From Antedon mediterranea (lineage: Eukaryota; Animalia; Echinodermata), in assembly GCF_964355755.1 (NCBI RefSeq), contig NC_092670.1, forward strand, positions 33,282,388 through 33,346,387: a stretch of DNA of 64,000 bases, in the 5' to 3' direction. Below are positions 1 to 15,300 of this stretch, piece after piece. A program made the translations under genes and the position numbers. The notes under the pieces were generated by a model. It made no database searches. It was not told the DNA's origin and saw only the letters and a list, made by a program, of their open reading frames with translations. Each line of letters begins with the position of its first letter. Positions within the stretch are counted from its first letter, which is position 1.

Positions 1-378
1 AAGAGAACAGTTTAATAATTATTTTTCATAAATCTAATTAAAAATATAAATATCAGTAGAATTTATGAAAGAATAGCTAAACAAGAGAGAATGCTATCGA
101 CAAAACGACCTTGACATCATTTAGAATAAACAAATGGAAGAGGGTCACTTCAAGTAAGCTGTACTGACGTAGTATACAACTGTTAGAGCAACCCTTGTAA
201 AACAAAGTTAAATAAAAAATAAATAAATATGCCAGACACTTTCGAAACGCTGAATGTGTGTCCTGGTAGAGTCTAAATAATACCTTTATACAGTATTTGT
301 TTTAACTGAAAAATTATTGTAATTCTGCTGATAAAAGAAAATGATAATGATGCAGACTGAATTAAAATGTCAAAATAC

Positions 379-3300
379 CTTTTTACTATCTGCATCTGAA
401 GAAGGTTTGTCCATGATTATTGCTGGTGCTGCAACAACCCTCAGGTCAAAGCTATGCACTATCGGGCTAACGCTGATTTGTTGAGGGCTTTGCCTATAAT
501 AACAAAAAGTAACAAACAATTTTTCTATTTTCAAGTTTAACTGTTCCAATTTCTAGAATAAATGCAAACTCCACTTATTCAACTGTATCAATAAAAAGAT
601 TATACTCTTTATAATTAAGAGAAGCAAATTACAGGAATTTGTTAAACAACTTCCATTTATAGTATCAGATGTATTGAAAAGTAAAACCAAAATATATTAT
701 GCCTGCTCACCTTGCTTTGGCCATGTTCCACTCCAATGCTGGGTTCTGAGTCAGTGTTACACTACCATCATCAGCTGAGCCTAACTCTTGAATGCCTTGA
801 TCGCTGGCCTTGGCTAAGTCATCCCACAGAATAGTACATAGGCTCACTGCATTAATATCTAGTTGATATTGTCTATCTTCGACCTCCGACCCAGGTTGCT
901 GTGTTATCCCAGCATGCATTGCTTTTCTGAAGAATAAATTATTTTTTTAAATAAATGAACTTAACCTATATGTTATCGTTTTCATTGCCATTTTTTTTAA
1001 ATGTAGGCATAGAACTTATAACACAAGAATCTCCTGTTCGTCCGAAGCGCGTAACAATTTTGAAAGGCATTGTGGGATAGAATAGAGCTAATGGGTGGCG
1101 CCATTGTGAGCCATGGAGAAGCGCGCCCGCATCAAATTAGAAAGTCAAAATCATAGAGGGGGTCTGCTAATACTATAGGGGGGATAGAGTAATTGACTGA
1201 GCCCTCTACTGGAGTAATGCGCCTTCAACAAATTAGAAATTCAAAATCATAGAGGGGATCTGCTAATACTATTGGGGGGATAGAGTAATTGACTGAGCCC
1301 TCTATAGGAATTAATAGTTTTGACTTCCTAGTTTGGAGGGGGCGTTGCTCCATGCTGTGAAATGGCGTCGCCCAGTTTGACCTTTTAACCCTGTACTTCC
1401 GATACTGTGTTTTGAATGCAAATTGAAGAACAGGAGATTCTTGTGTTATAAGTTCTTTGGTCTAACCTGTATATTTCTTGTTTGAGAACCATTCTTTGTA
1501 GCGGGTTGTCTACATTCGGAGTCAGAGAGATGGACTTGACATGGGTCAAGAAACAATCTTGGTTGATTTCTCCAGACAATATTATTGGTGTATTTGAATC
1601 ACAGCCTGGAACAAAGAGCCTAAACTCTTGACAATCAATGTACAATAGAGGCAGCTTTCTTGTTGAGATTATCTCCTCATTGGTAGACTTCTTACTGATG
1701 CTCGTTCTGGTAATCTCGGAAGCACTCACTGAGCTAGCTACTGAGGGTACTCCTCGCAAAGACCTTCTAAACCTGTCATGACGACTGAATATGTTCGGAG
1801 TTGCTTCTGATTTTATAGAAGAATTTGGTGATAAATCGATCATGAAGATATTTAACATCGAAGCTAAAACTGGACACCAAACAACGATGTCACAAGGCTG
1901 CGTAGACAAGACGACCTCGTTGACATACTGGTTCATTTTTGCGATTGGTTCTTGTGGTTTACTTTTCGACCGATACAATCTCTTTTTGACGGATTTGCTT
2001 AAGGCACGTGTAAATGTAAGTGTCAGAAAGCCATGAGCCTTTGAATCGCGGGATTTTGCCGGAGAACGCTGACTGTAGAGTCCGTACGAAGTAGATGATT
2101 TATGGGAAGTGACTTTGGTGACTAGCGGCAATTGTTTTGTAATGGTGTCTGTACAGGAAAGTATAACACCTTTGTATGGACCAGTAGTCCATGATTTGTT
2201 CCTGCATAGAAATATAAAAGGTCAAGAGATTTAACAAACATGCTTTTTGGTTAAAGTGATGCAACATTAAAATGGCATATTCAACAAAGAGACACTATAT
2301 CTTTAAAGGATGCTTTGCAGTCATATTGAAGTTCATTAGCCGAGAAAATAGAAAAAATATTGCAAATTGTTTTTAAAAATCTGACTAGTGATTAGTACCA
2401 TTGATTATCACCATCGAATACCTAATTAATCAATTAATCAAATAGCGAGCATAATTGTTGATGTGGTCATATAAAATATAATAATTTTTAAGTTTATCTT
2501 ACCGTTTGATGTAATGCTTAACATTCAACCCACCAATCTTACATTTGAGCTTGGAATAAACTTCTTGAATATCAAGAGAAAACGTCAGATCTTCTAAATC
2601 GGACTGCAGCTTCAAATCTTTGAAGATGAACAGAAGAAAAGACGTTTATTTTTTGTGGAGCTTGTAAACTCATTGAAATGTCAATCAAAACTTGGACTTG
2701 TAAAGCTCTGTCTAAACTATCAATCTTTATGTGCACAAATATGGTAGTGATATACTTAAAATTACATATGGTAGTGATATGACATCATCATGTCCATATA
2801 TGTATTTTTGTCCAGTTTGAGTTTGATAGCGCAGACAGAGGTTTAGAATATATTGGTTATTTATTACAATGTTTTTATATCTTCTACATATTGAATGACC
2901 TCTTCAGTACAATGTTCAACAACTAACAACTATTGCCAGCATTCAAAATCTTGGAATTATTATTTATACTTAAAGCCAATTTACACTGTCGAGCTGTAAT
3001 GGTAAGCAGTAAACGGAAAACAAGAATATAGAATATATGTTTATTCTTAGAAATCCGGTCAGGATAGATACATATTCTACGCTTGACAAGCTACACGGTG
3101 TGTGCTTACCGTTATCGTCCGTGTAAATTGAACTTACGTAGTTCAGAAATTTCTAACAGGAAAAATATTCACCTTGAGTTTTACCATTGCAATCCTCAGT
3201 TGCAAACAGGTTGGCTGAAAATTTATTCAGCGTTAGTTGTAGCCAAAGTGACAACCTTATACCGCCTACACCACCCTCATGCTCATCACTATCAGGTGTT

Positions 3301-6300
3301 GATGATACATCAAGGGTTGATGACATGCTGGTGGATGTGTCCTGAGGCTGATGTTTCTCAGGCTGTCCAGATGATGATAAACTGCTTAGCGTCTTAACAG
3401 GAGACTGCCGAGTTGTTGGTTTAGCACCTTGGTTTCTCAATGTGAGCTTTAATCTTTCTTTGGGCTGAGATGCTGCTTGTTTTACTGCATCTAATGCAGA
3501 ACATGTAACGCCCACAAGAAGAGTCACCTAAAAAATTAATTTCATTCTTTACAAAAACAATTCAATTGGGGAGTAAAATCTAGTCCTTTAAAACATTAAC
3601 CAGAAATTAATTTAGGCTCATTTTAAGACACAATAGTTCCATAGTTAATACAGACCGAAGTAGACCAGTAAATCGATAACAAGGCCTAATGTATCTTATA
3701 ATGATTCTACACCTATAAATAGCTACCTGTGGTTTTGAACAGTTCACTTTAACCGTCTTCATATCCGAATGAAGGCAAAATCCAAAAACATTCTTAGTGG
3801 AGAGCGTTCCAGCACTACTAGTGACGGCCAATGTTGAATTAATGCTCATTGGTTCAAGAAGATAGAGGGCGGTAGATTGTGGATGTAGGGTATACAAACT
3901 GAAGGATGTTGCTGATATAGACCAGGGAAACTTTTGACCTAAAAAAAAGAAATTTAGTAAAATCAACCCTCTCAAAACCGAAATTTCCTTTCTACTATTT
4001 AAAATACAATAGGCGTAAGAGCCAATAGATTAGCCAATAAATACACTTTCAGGTAAAATACAGTTTATTTTTTAACCATATTTTTAATATATCACCTAAA
4101 TATAATATGGTTTACAAGGCTGATGATAGGTTTGTGGTACACCATTAGTTTCACCTTTATTTTTGAAGCACGAAAACTTAACTTTACCACCTCAATATAG
4201 TAATCTGCATGCTTTCCCTCCAGTTGTCTCTCTGCTGTTTGAGTTTCTGTCAACTTAACATGTTAAACATATCTATAGATATCTTTTTTTTGGCTTCCAA
4301 TTTTGCTTTAACACTTCATTCCTCCCACCAATCTTTTCCCAAATATGCTTCTTTTCATTTGACCTTTAGGTTTTTGCATTTTCAATTCTCTCCCCCATGT
4401 TTACACCATCTAATTTTCATCAAACCATACATCTCAAAATCTTACAAATGTTATAATTTTTATACAAAATACCTGTTTCTTTAGCCAGGATGTTTGGGTT
4501 TAAAGGTATGTCTTGTAAAGCTGCAATCTTCCTATGACCAACACTGTTGATTGTTAAAGTTGGCAAACAAATGACAGCAGTTGGAGGAACATTATTTCCC
4601 GGAAGAGCCAAATGCCTAAATAGTTGTGGGATAATCTTTGGTGTATCTCTTGTTAAATGAAGATGGGTGGAAGGTAGATAGATGGAACAGCATTGAAAAT
4701 CAACCTGAAGAAACAAAATTAAAAGACATACTGTAACAATAATATCATAAATGTATAGTATAATCAGTGTCAAAGGTGGCTCCTATAATAAATTCCTCTC
4801 TTAAAACATCTGTCAAAAATGATGCTCATTATTTATGAAGCTAAAATGCTGGCACTATTTTCTGTTTGAGAAAAACACTACTAATGCATAGAATCCAGGA
4901 ATTGAACACAGAATACAGTGATTGTTAAACAAGCAATTCATAAAATAAGCTTTTACAATGATGAAAGGGCTTTACAATAGCCAATCATTTGATGAACTTT
5001 ACTTATACGAAAAAGAGTTCTTTAATTTTGTCACTGACGTTGAGTTGCGTAGTTAATGTAACAGTGCTATAATGTTCAAAAAGTTTAAAAAAGGCTATAC
5101 ATATTATATATATACCTGTATGCTGAATTTCTTTAGTTTGTCAAGGTATTCTTGAACCATAGCATTTGAATCTTCATTCTTGCTATCTTTTTTCTTAGCA
5201 TCCACATTAGGCTGTTGAGTTTGAGCTTTCGTAGCGCTCAGCTTTGTCACTTCTTCCTTTGTTATGGATTTATTACTTGAGCCTTCGAAAATGAAAAAAA
5301 AAATGACATTCAATTTCAAGAGTAGAGTGTACATCTTAAAAAATTTATTTTTCAAAGGCTTTGAAATTGAATAATTTATATAAAACAGATTGCAATCCAG
5401 AAGACCAATAAAGAACAGGGGTAACAAGAACAAGAAACAATGTCTTGGAAAATATTTTAAAAAACAATACAAAGGCTGGCAAACCGCATAATTAATTTAT
5501 ATAACTCTTTAACTTTAACTCTTTAAGAGTGAGTGAGTGGCCGAGCGGTTAAGACAGTGGAACCGTAATTACGTAGCCATAACATCGGCAGGGGTTCGAG
5601 GCTCACTCACTCCATGGTTCTGGTGGTAGAACGAGTCTTCTCGGATAAGGACTATAAACCGTAGGTCCAGTGTACACATCTAGCTCGTGTGCACTTTAAA
5701 GAACCTAGTACATCTTTCGAGACGAGTAGGGGGTTACCCCGGTGTATTAGTACATCACAGCCACTGATCACCAACTGGGCCCCCTCTGGGAGACCAGTCT
5801 TTGACTGAAGAGGTTACCCAGTATAAATATAAATTTCAATTCAATTCAACACACATGCATAAAAAGATTGCAATGTAGATCATTGTATTTCAAATATTAA
5901 TTTGTATTTTATCTCCTGTATTTATACTGATTGCAATAAAGTTTTATTTGATTGATTGACATACTATGGTCCCCCAGAGATGGGGTTATACAGTCAAGAT
6001 CAGTGCACAATACAAAAAGTATACCTTTAGCTGGTTTTGTCGGAAACACAGTTGTCTTGCTTAACCTTGTGGAATCTCTAGCAGCTTGCTTCAGTATGCT
6101 CACATGACGAGGTGAGTAGGTTAACCATTGGTAGAGAAGCGGATCAACACAGAATGCCATGCCTTGAATGTCAATTAATATAAAGCCCACCTCATCTGAA
6201 AGGCAATTTTTTTTTATATTTCCAATTGCTAAGGTCAGTGAGAATCATACTTTAATAGGAATAAAGTTTATTTGATAAAAAGTCTATCTGGACTTAAAAC

Positions 6301-9300
6301 GGGAAAAAAGTTGCATTCTTGAACCCCTAGTTTAATAATAAAGAATACACTAAAATGTGATTAAATCTCAAAAGAAATAGAGTTCATGTTGGACAGGCTA
6401 TTACATTAGAAAGGGGACCCCAATGAAAATAAGTTTTTTATTAAACTTTCTTGGGTTATCCTCAGTTCATTCAGTTAATATTATTTTCTTGTACTTTTTC
6501 TTTTTTTTTCCCGAAATCTGTGTCTGTACGTAAAATTGAATGAACTGAAATAAATAAAAGAAATGCTTAGCTTTTGGCAGATTTCCACAAACATGTAATC
6601 AAAAATTTAAAATGTGTGACAATAGGAAAAAAGTAAAACGTTCTAGTTAAACAAAAATTGATGATTAATTATTCAAAATATAATAAAGCTAATACAAACA
6701 AAACCACTGTTCTTCTACATCTTGTCAATAACAAAACGAGATTATAAAGAATATTATTATTATTATAGTTACAAAACTGAAAAACTACAAAAAATCTTCT
6801 AAAGTCAGTAAAAACCTACCATGTATTGTTGCACTATCAGCTGTCTTTGGTATTTGAACTGTGAACGTAATGGCGTCTTGCTGGTACACTCCGGTAACAC
6901 TATCTGACTTGTCTGTCTTTTTGTAGTATTCTACTGAATGAACTTTGCCTGTTTCTACAGGTGCTTGAAAAAGTGGTGTCACTACTATTTTTCCATTTTC
7001 TGATACAAAAAAGAAATCACATTTAACGTCTACTTTTCCATTTTCTGCTAAAAAAAGTAAATTACATTTAACTTCTACAGTATGGTTGTATGAACTTTAA
7101 ACTTGCAACCAATGTCTTGACTCCCATTGGTTGAGCTTCTGATCACCTATTGATGTGTGATACAGTGTCACATAATGACATGTGTGATCAGTGTAACATA
7201 GATTGTCTGTATTATGGGTCTAGACCTTAAACTACAGCAAGGGTACTGTTGAATCAGTATTTCTACTGAATATGGATCAGAAAGTTGGACCATTGAGAAT
7301 AAAATTGCAACAAAGAATCAGTAACAAAGTATAATATGGCTCTTTAGCTGTACCAAAAAATAACAGAAAAATAAGAAGACTGAAATTTGCAGAAGAAATC
7401 ATTGCAGCAGCTGTGGCAGCCAAAACATGGGCTTGCAAACAAAGGAAGACCAGCATTTACATACATTGATGTACTAGAGACAGATACTTGTATGCAGAGA
7501 GAGGAACTGGCTGTCACAATGGCAGATATGAAGTTATGAAGGAATGTAGTTATATAAGTTCATAACATAATGCATAATACAGATGCCACATATGATACAT
7601 GTGACACTATATAACAAAATGTGTCTATGATACTAGACAAATAATTTATTGAGATTTGTGACAAGGTTCAGAGAATCAGGTGCTTTTATCCTAAATAATA
7701 AGTATAATATCAATCCAAATTTGATTTCACCAATTATACTAAAATGGCAATTCATACAAACCTAGTGACTGAATACAAATTGTAGCGCCACCTAGAGTTC
7801 CTGACATTGCTTTCACATGACAGCTTTCACTAATCTTGATTTCAATGTCTGATAATGACATCTCCAGCATTGGTTGTCCAGATGGGAAAGCTTTCACTAC
7901 CATAAAACAAAAATTTTAAAATTCAGTCAAAAGAGTTATATTTATATTATTATTATTATTAGTCATTCCAACATACGTAATAATATATGTTGACTGCAGT
8001 CATTATTATTATTTTATTCCTTTTAGAAAGAATGCTATACACAGTAATTGTATTTCAAAAACCGTTTGTATAACCAATTGATAACGGAAGGAGTGGGTGG
8101 GATAAAACTATTGTCTAACCTTGTACAGATTCAAATCATTACCTGATGGTTTAAAAATATCTTGTTGAAGAGTGTCTTCATCAAACCTCACCAGCATTGG
8201 CACATCTTCTGCCCAGGTCTTGTACAATTCTTGTAAGAGTAGCAACTGAGCTTTGGTGGCATTAGCTGCAATACTTGGAAGTTCAACTAACATCTCAGAG
8301 TTAACTATCCTGGGGTTTGTCCTGGAGAACCAAAATTATTAGATTAGTTTTAAAATCTATCTTTACCTCTTTATCTTTGAGCCTACCATCCCCCAGCTAT
8401 GGCCTGAAAAAAGACAATTATAATCATTATTCTAATAAACACTCACCAATACATAGGTAAAAGTAACTTCTTGTGGTATGCAGCAGCACTGAATGATGGC
8501 AGGAGGTTAAGAATTATAGAAGAGTTGATCTCCTTGTAGCCAACCTGAGTAAGTCCAACTTGAACGCCAAACAACTGTTTAATAATAAAAATACAATACT
8601 TGTGCTGTACACGTGAAGCCAACATATCGCTTGGCATGATGGAGGTACAAAGGAGGACAAAGGTAACAGAAGAAGGGACTGTTAAACGGGCCTTCTTTAC
8701 CATTCTTTTCATTTCAATAAATAGGAAGATCCAAAAGAGCTTACTGGTGATATATAAGGGATTACTGCCACATGTTTCATGCTGCTGAACTGTACTAATA
8801 TGAGCTTAGAGGAATATCAGTTTAAATGGAGGAACAAGATGCGCAAGACAGCAAGGAATGGAGAGTTGGTGCAGCAGCATGAAACATGTCAGCCAGTAAG
8901 CCCTTATATATCCCCTTTTTTTTTATTTAAATAAATTATTCAACAATGTGTACAAAGGAACATGATTAAGTTACTATATTAAGTTATATAAGTTAATATG
9001 TCAAAGAAAAGCATAACTCTTAATTACATTCAGATCATAGGTTTTTTATGGTAAGTTTCATTGTGTTATTTCCAAAACATTTTATTTGAATTCCATTTTG
9101 ATCACATTTTGATGGAATTAGTTCTATATCCATTTCAAACATATTTGACAGGTAGTTCCATATCTAAAGCTCTGTCTAAACTTCAAACTAACTTGACAAA
9201 AACAGTGTGATGTGCCCAAATATGGTAGTGATATGATGTCATCGTGTCCATATATGGGCACATCACAATATTTGTCACATAAAATAGTGTAGACATAGCT

Positions 9301-12300
9301 TTAAATCCAATCAGTCATAGTATATATATTACCTTATAATAGTTGTGAGAATAACAACAATGTAGCAGATTATCTGAAGGTCGTTGAACTTTGCTGACCG
9401 CTTTGATCAACTTTCTAGTGTACATTGGAAGAGTCGACTGAATATCAATTCTATCGATCTGAACTGCAAGTGCTGGCAGAAGTGAGGCCTTATTTCCAAA
9501 ATCTCCATCTTTTAAATCCTGTGTACAAAATTTACACCTCTTTTATTTTTGAAGAAAGTGTTTGTGTTTGTATATTATTATTTTATGTAGGTGTTACAGA
9601 AAAATATTTACTTATTTTAACTGGAGGAGGGAAGGAAATGTCATGGCATAATTCAATAATATGGCGCGATAACTTAGGGCCTAGGAACTAGTTAGGTTAA
9701 TTCATTGTAAATATTCAATGACAATGACATGTGCTACTGAACCTCTCTTTTGTTTACACCATACTGTGGATTCTGATTCCAAGGCAACAACCAATGATAC
9801 AAGATATACAGGTTATAGGTCAATGCAAATTGAAATCTATTGCCAATAACCTAGTAGCGCTATTGTGAAAATTTACCAACAATTTCCACAATCATTTAAC
9901 AATACAAATGTGGGTAGTTCATGAATTTTATAAAACATTTTAACTACCATTTTTGCAGGCTGCTTTTCATCATAGCGTGGGTGCTCTGCCGCATTTACAG
10001 TTAAGTTCAATCCAAGGATGGTGATATGTGTGCTGCGACTTGATACAAAGTCTTCAAGTTGTTCGATTTGATCAGAAGTAGGAGTTGGACGCGATTCATC
10101 TACGATTTCTGGAAGGAATGAAAAAAGAAATGAGAAAATTCTTTTCCATATTTTTATATAGAAAAACATGATATATTATAATATCATGATTAGCAAAATA
10201 TTCCTTAAAGCTCTGTCTACACTATGAAGCTTTATGTGACATGATGTGCCCATATATGGACATGATGACATCATTTCACTAACATATTTGGGCACATAAC
10301 TTTTTTTTAGTTATAGTGTAGACAGAGTTTTAGAATTGGTAAAATACACCATAGTTACATAGTCGTCAAATACTGTCTGCTAAAAATACAATAGACGCAC
10401 CGCAGTAATATAATACCATATAAAATAACTTAATTAGTTTTCTTACTTAATGTCAAAACAATCTTGTTTGGGTTAATACTAAAATACATTACCAAAGACT
10501 ACTTCCCAAACCAAAATTCAAAAAAATCAAATTAAAATTATTTTTCTTAAATTTCTCATGTCAACCTTAATACAACAATACCTGGTTTAACTTGGCTGTA
10601 TGGTTCGTAGTCATGGTCGTTCGCAAACGTAATCGCCTTCTGAACCCGGTGAACCATGCTACTAGTGATGTGTACTTCTCCGGGAAAAAACACAATACGT
10701 TTGTTGGAGACTTCCTTGGCCTCAAAGACTGTATCTTTTGAAGTACTTTGATGCGAGTGCTGACTTGAGCTTTCTGAAGCTGATTAAAAAGATATAATTA
10801 ATATCATTAATCAAAGATGATCTGAAGGTACCTGTATTCACATATCTGCAGGCCGAAAAATATTTTGTTCTCAAAAGAAAATTTCAGAAAATGGCATGTA
10901 TCTATTAAAGTATAATACTGCACTGCTTGTTACGACGAAACCATGATACTGTACCTTACAAAGAAAAAGACATATATAGGATTGAAAAGTGTTTTACCAT
11001 TTGTTTATAGTTTCTGTAAAAGTTCCTATTTGTTATGTACTGTACCATTAGTTTTGGCAGGAGAACAAGACAAAAATTTCTATCTGTAAACATTTACCAT
11101 ATTTATTTGAAAAATTCTTCCTCCCCACACCCCCTCCCCCTCCAACTCGAATAAATTCCCGCACTAAAAATAAGCTCAAGGCCCCCTTCTTCCTACACCC
11201 CTCCCCCTCCCCTCAAAATAAAAAAATTAGTTTATACCATCAGTTTGATCCCCGTTTTGTTCCTCCATGGTGTACAGGTAGTCAACCCAGAAGGCTCCCC
11301 ATCGAGTCTTTGCCCAGCTCTCAGTGTACTTTTGCTGGTGATGATCAGTGTCCAAGATGTACAGTGTACGTGACAAATTATTCTCAGCGCTCATTGGATC
11401 AAACAGTGAGTTGTACGTGTAGTTTGGTAGCTTCGTCTCATAATCTTTGTCACCAATACTGATAAAATGGGCCTATAGTTGATAGAAAACAAATATTGGA
11501 TTATTGATATCAATATTACTACTAATTAAACATTTTTCTAATCCTTGGATAGGGTTCTGAACAGCTTGAATTGAAAGAGCTGTATGGAATACAGCTTGAG
11601 AAATATACTTATTTCATTTCATTTATTTATTCTTTATTTCGTATTCAAATGTACATATACAGCATTACAGATACAAAGCTCTTTAACTAATATACATAAT
11701 TACATAATGAAACAATACAATACAAAACCCATGGACCAAGAGTTGAAAAAGTTAAAGTATGGATTCTCCTCATTCGATGACTACAAACATTTAATAATTT
11801 TTTTTGTATTTCTTCATGCTTTGGTTAATCCACATTTTTATTTTTCTTGGTTGAACCAGATGTTGAAGTCTTTGAGCTTATTGGTCTCTACAGACAAAAC
11901 GGAAAAACTATTTACCATTTATGTTTATCATACTTATGAATATTACATAGCCTATGTAAATACACGAACGTGAATGGTTGAAACTGCATCACATGACAAC
12001 CGCTGCGAGGATGGTAAATCATAAATATCCTCGAGAACGATTATATTGACTGAGTAATTTTCGCGTAATTATCGGGTCCCTGTCATAAATCAAATAAATT
12101 CTCGAGTACGATGATATTGACTGTGTAATTTTCGTATGGTAACACTCACGTTTGCCGATAAATAAATAAAAGTCATCTACTGGGTCTTGAACTCGCAATG
12201 AAATTGTCACTCTATCACAAGACAACGCTTCATGCGCTGCGCAACGGAACTTGCTTGAAGAAATTAATCATCTAAACTATTTAAACTATGCATACATAGC

Positions 12301-15300
12301 GCCCTCATTTATTTTTAGTCCTCCCTAGATGTGATGAAACACCGTTTGTGATTGGTTAATACTCACAGTAGTAACCAGTATGCGCGCGACACACTGAACA
12401 TCCGGTGATTCGGCTTGAAGAAGACGAATTATTATTTATTTGGCCTAGCCTACCTGATAACATTATTATTATTAATGTAGGCTTATTGATGGAAATTCTT
12501 CTGTTATTATTTAAACGACCTAGGCTACTGAATATTTTATTGCCAAGGAATCATTAATTAGTAATTATCTGTATATTATTCTTCGCAAGGTAAGGTGTCT
12601 GGGCAGCTTGTTTACATACAATACAAAAAGGAGGCCTTGCCTAGCTACCCAACCCAAAAGATATTCTACTTATTGTTGGCTATGTAATATAACAGATATC
12701 GCCTTTTATATCGGTAAAATATAAGATTAGACATCCCCTTGGGAATGATATTAAGTTCTTGGGAATTATATATTCCCTCGAACATCATATCATTCCCTCG
12801 GGGATGTCTAATCTTATATTTAACCTCTAAGCAGTCAATATCTGTATAATATTGCTTTGTGTGTGTAAAGGAACTTAGTGAGTTGGCGCCGCATTTCCTG
12901 CCTTTGTTTACAATTATAAAGTAAAATCCCAATTATTATCTTTAGGTTTTTTCACAGCGCCTCCTATGGTTTAATTTATTATTATAGCACCCTCTATAGT
13001 TTCATAAAACTCTCCCGATATTTAATTTTTCAAAGTAGGGACGTCTGTCCTAAGCTCATTATTACAGTAGTTCCTTGTCTGGAAGCCTGTCCAAATGACA
13101 ATAAATTGCTTTCTGTCTTCACATACTAAACAAAAACGTATCTACCTGTGGTTTAATGCTATGAGTCTCAATATAATCTTGAAACGTTTCATCGAATCCA
13201 CATGTGCAGTCTCCAATACCATTCAATTGTATCTCACTAAATGCTATTTGTACATTGAAGAACAACAGGCCATGTAAAAGGACTTCCAGAGTTGCACCAT
13301 TTAAATGTAATTTTAAGTATGGTTTAAACGTTGGTTTACATGGTCCATAAAATGATCTATTTGCAGTATATTCTGTCATCTGAAATATAATTATTTTTAT
13401 TAATACTTGTAAGGTAAAAGTAATGCATGTTTGGTAATAAAAACTTATTTTATATTGTTATTCTTTATTTTTCCATTCAAAACTGGCATAAAAAATACTG
13501 TAGAAAATTCATTACAATATTATATTAAACAAGTTAAATTGTCTGCATGTATGGAAAAAAACAGTATTCCTGAAACTTCCTAAAAGTACAGAAAGTAAAG
13601 TGGTAGTAGGCCAAATTAGTATGTCATGATTTCTCCTTTTCTGTGAGAAAAAGAATTCCTGGCTCTTGGCTGTGGTCTTGGAGGAAAATAAGTAAACCAT
13701 GGTAATCCAAGAACAGGATACTGAGCTCCGGAGATTAAAGGGTTTATCTGTGGCTGCGACACTATCAATTCTACATCCCTTAAAACTTTTGGATTGGCCA
13801 ATTGGCTTCCTTAACTGTTTGACACTGCGAAGAATAATATGTACATAGTACTGTTGGTATTTGTCGCAGCCAGACATAAGATCTGAGGTCTGTTACGAGT
13901 TCCTATCTTGGCAATGCGAGCTCAGCGTATTGTTGTAAGATTGTGAAAGTTAGCATTTATGCTATTGTATTCAATACCTTAAATGTGATGGAAGCCGTAG
14001 AACAGTACATGCCAACCGAGAGGGTGGTATTAGCTGGTTTTCTAGATGTTCCAACATCACCTTCAAGCTCTTCATCATCCTCGTAGGAAATGATTTCTGG
14101 AACATATGACCAGGCCCATGCCATCCACCCAGGTTGGTGCTGACTTTGATCATCTTCTGAGGAAACTGCATCTAAAATATATCAGATAATAAATAATTTA
14201 AATGAAGACACTTCCATTACAGTATAGTACATATTTAATAGAGTTCTAATATTCACTTTGAAAACAGGTTACTTCAAATGTGTTGTGGTCAGATTAAGTA
14301 AGTTGTTATTAAGTTTGCGATACACCACATAGTAATGAACTTCACTTATATTCCCAGTTAACCATATATTTTACTAATAGATACAAGTTTGTTTTGCAAT
14401 ATCGTACACTGGTCTGTGTATCGTATCATAAAATAGAACCTGTCAACCTATGAAAATATTTACAGTTAGTAAAATTCAAATTAAACATTCATTTGTATAG
14501 GTCTACTATTTATTATAAACGAGGTTTAACAAAAAAATTGTGATGTGCACAAATTATATGGTAGTGTATGAAATCATCATGTCTATATGGGCACATCAAA
14601 TTGTTTTGTAAGATAAAGTTTGATAGTCTACACAGAGCTTTACATTCATCTGAACTTGAATAATTTGTATGATGGATGAAATTAAGTCAGGACTGTTTAA
14701 AGCACCTTGGTTGTCCTATCATTGATCAAGGGCTTCTCTCGTCCAGTGCCCACTTCTACCAGAGAAAAGGCATAGCCAATAATCTGAAGCAGATACTAGA
14801 TGCAGGGGCTACCATAAGAGTCTGAAGCAGATACTAGATGCAGGGGCTACCATAAGAGTCTGAAGCAGATACTAGATGCAGGGGCTACCATAAGAGTCTG
14901 AAGCAGATACTAGATGCAGGGGCTACCATAGGAGTCTGAAGCAGATACTAGATGCAGGGGCTACCATAGGAGTCTGAAGCAGATACTAGATGCAGGGGCT
15001 ACCATAGGAGTCTGAAGCAGATACTAGATGCAGGGGCTACCATAGGAGTCTGAAGCAGATACTAGATGCAGGGGCTACCATAAGAGTAAGCAGTGCTGAT
15101 TTTAAAATGCTCCTGGTGGATCCCAACTCTGTTTGTCTATACAGCACCCGATACTGCCACTATTAAAAACTACAAACATACTACAAATTAATTTGGTTAA
15201 CTAACCAACATTAGCCACTGTATCTGTTGTAATGTTTTCATTTATCAAACCTTCATTGTCCTCATCACCGGGTAAGTCAATATCACCGTAATAAAGCGCC

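Noticed and set aside
5529-5612. tRNA gene
   Set aside because: No canonical anticodon arm or oligo-T terminator; it continues into a dispersed SINE body.
14706-14782. Possible extra VPS13B exon next to the minisatellite
   Set aside because: Flanking exons 15206 and 14171 already join in phase (G|AT) and give the expected sequence, and this segment has a weak donor.
14783-15086. 38-bp repeats as a CRISPR array
   Set aside because: Units are head-to-tail with no unique spacers, there are no cas genes, and the site is a eukaryotic intron.
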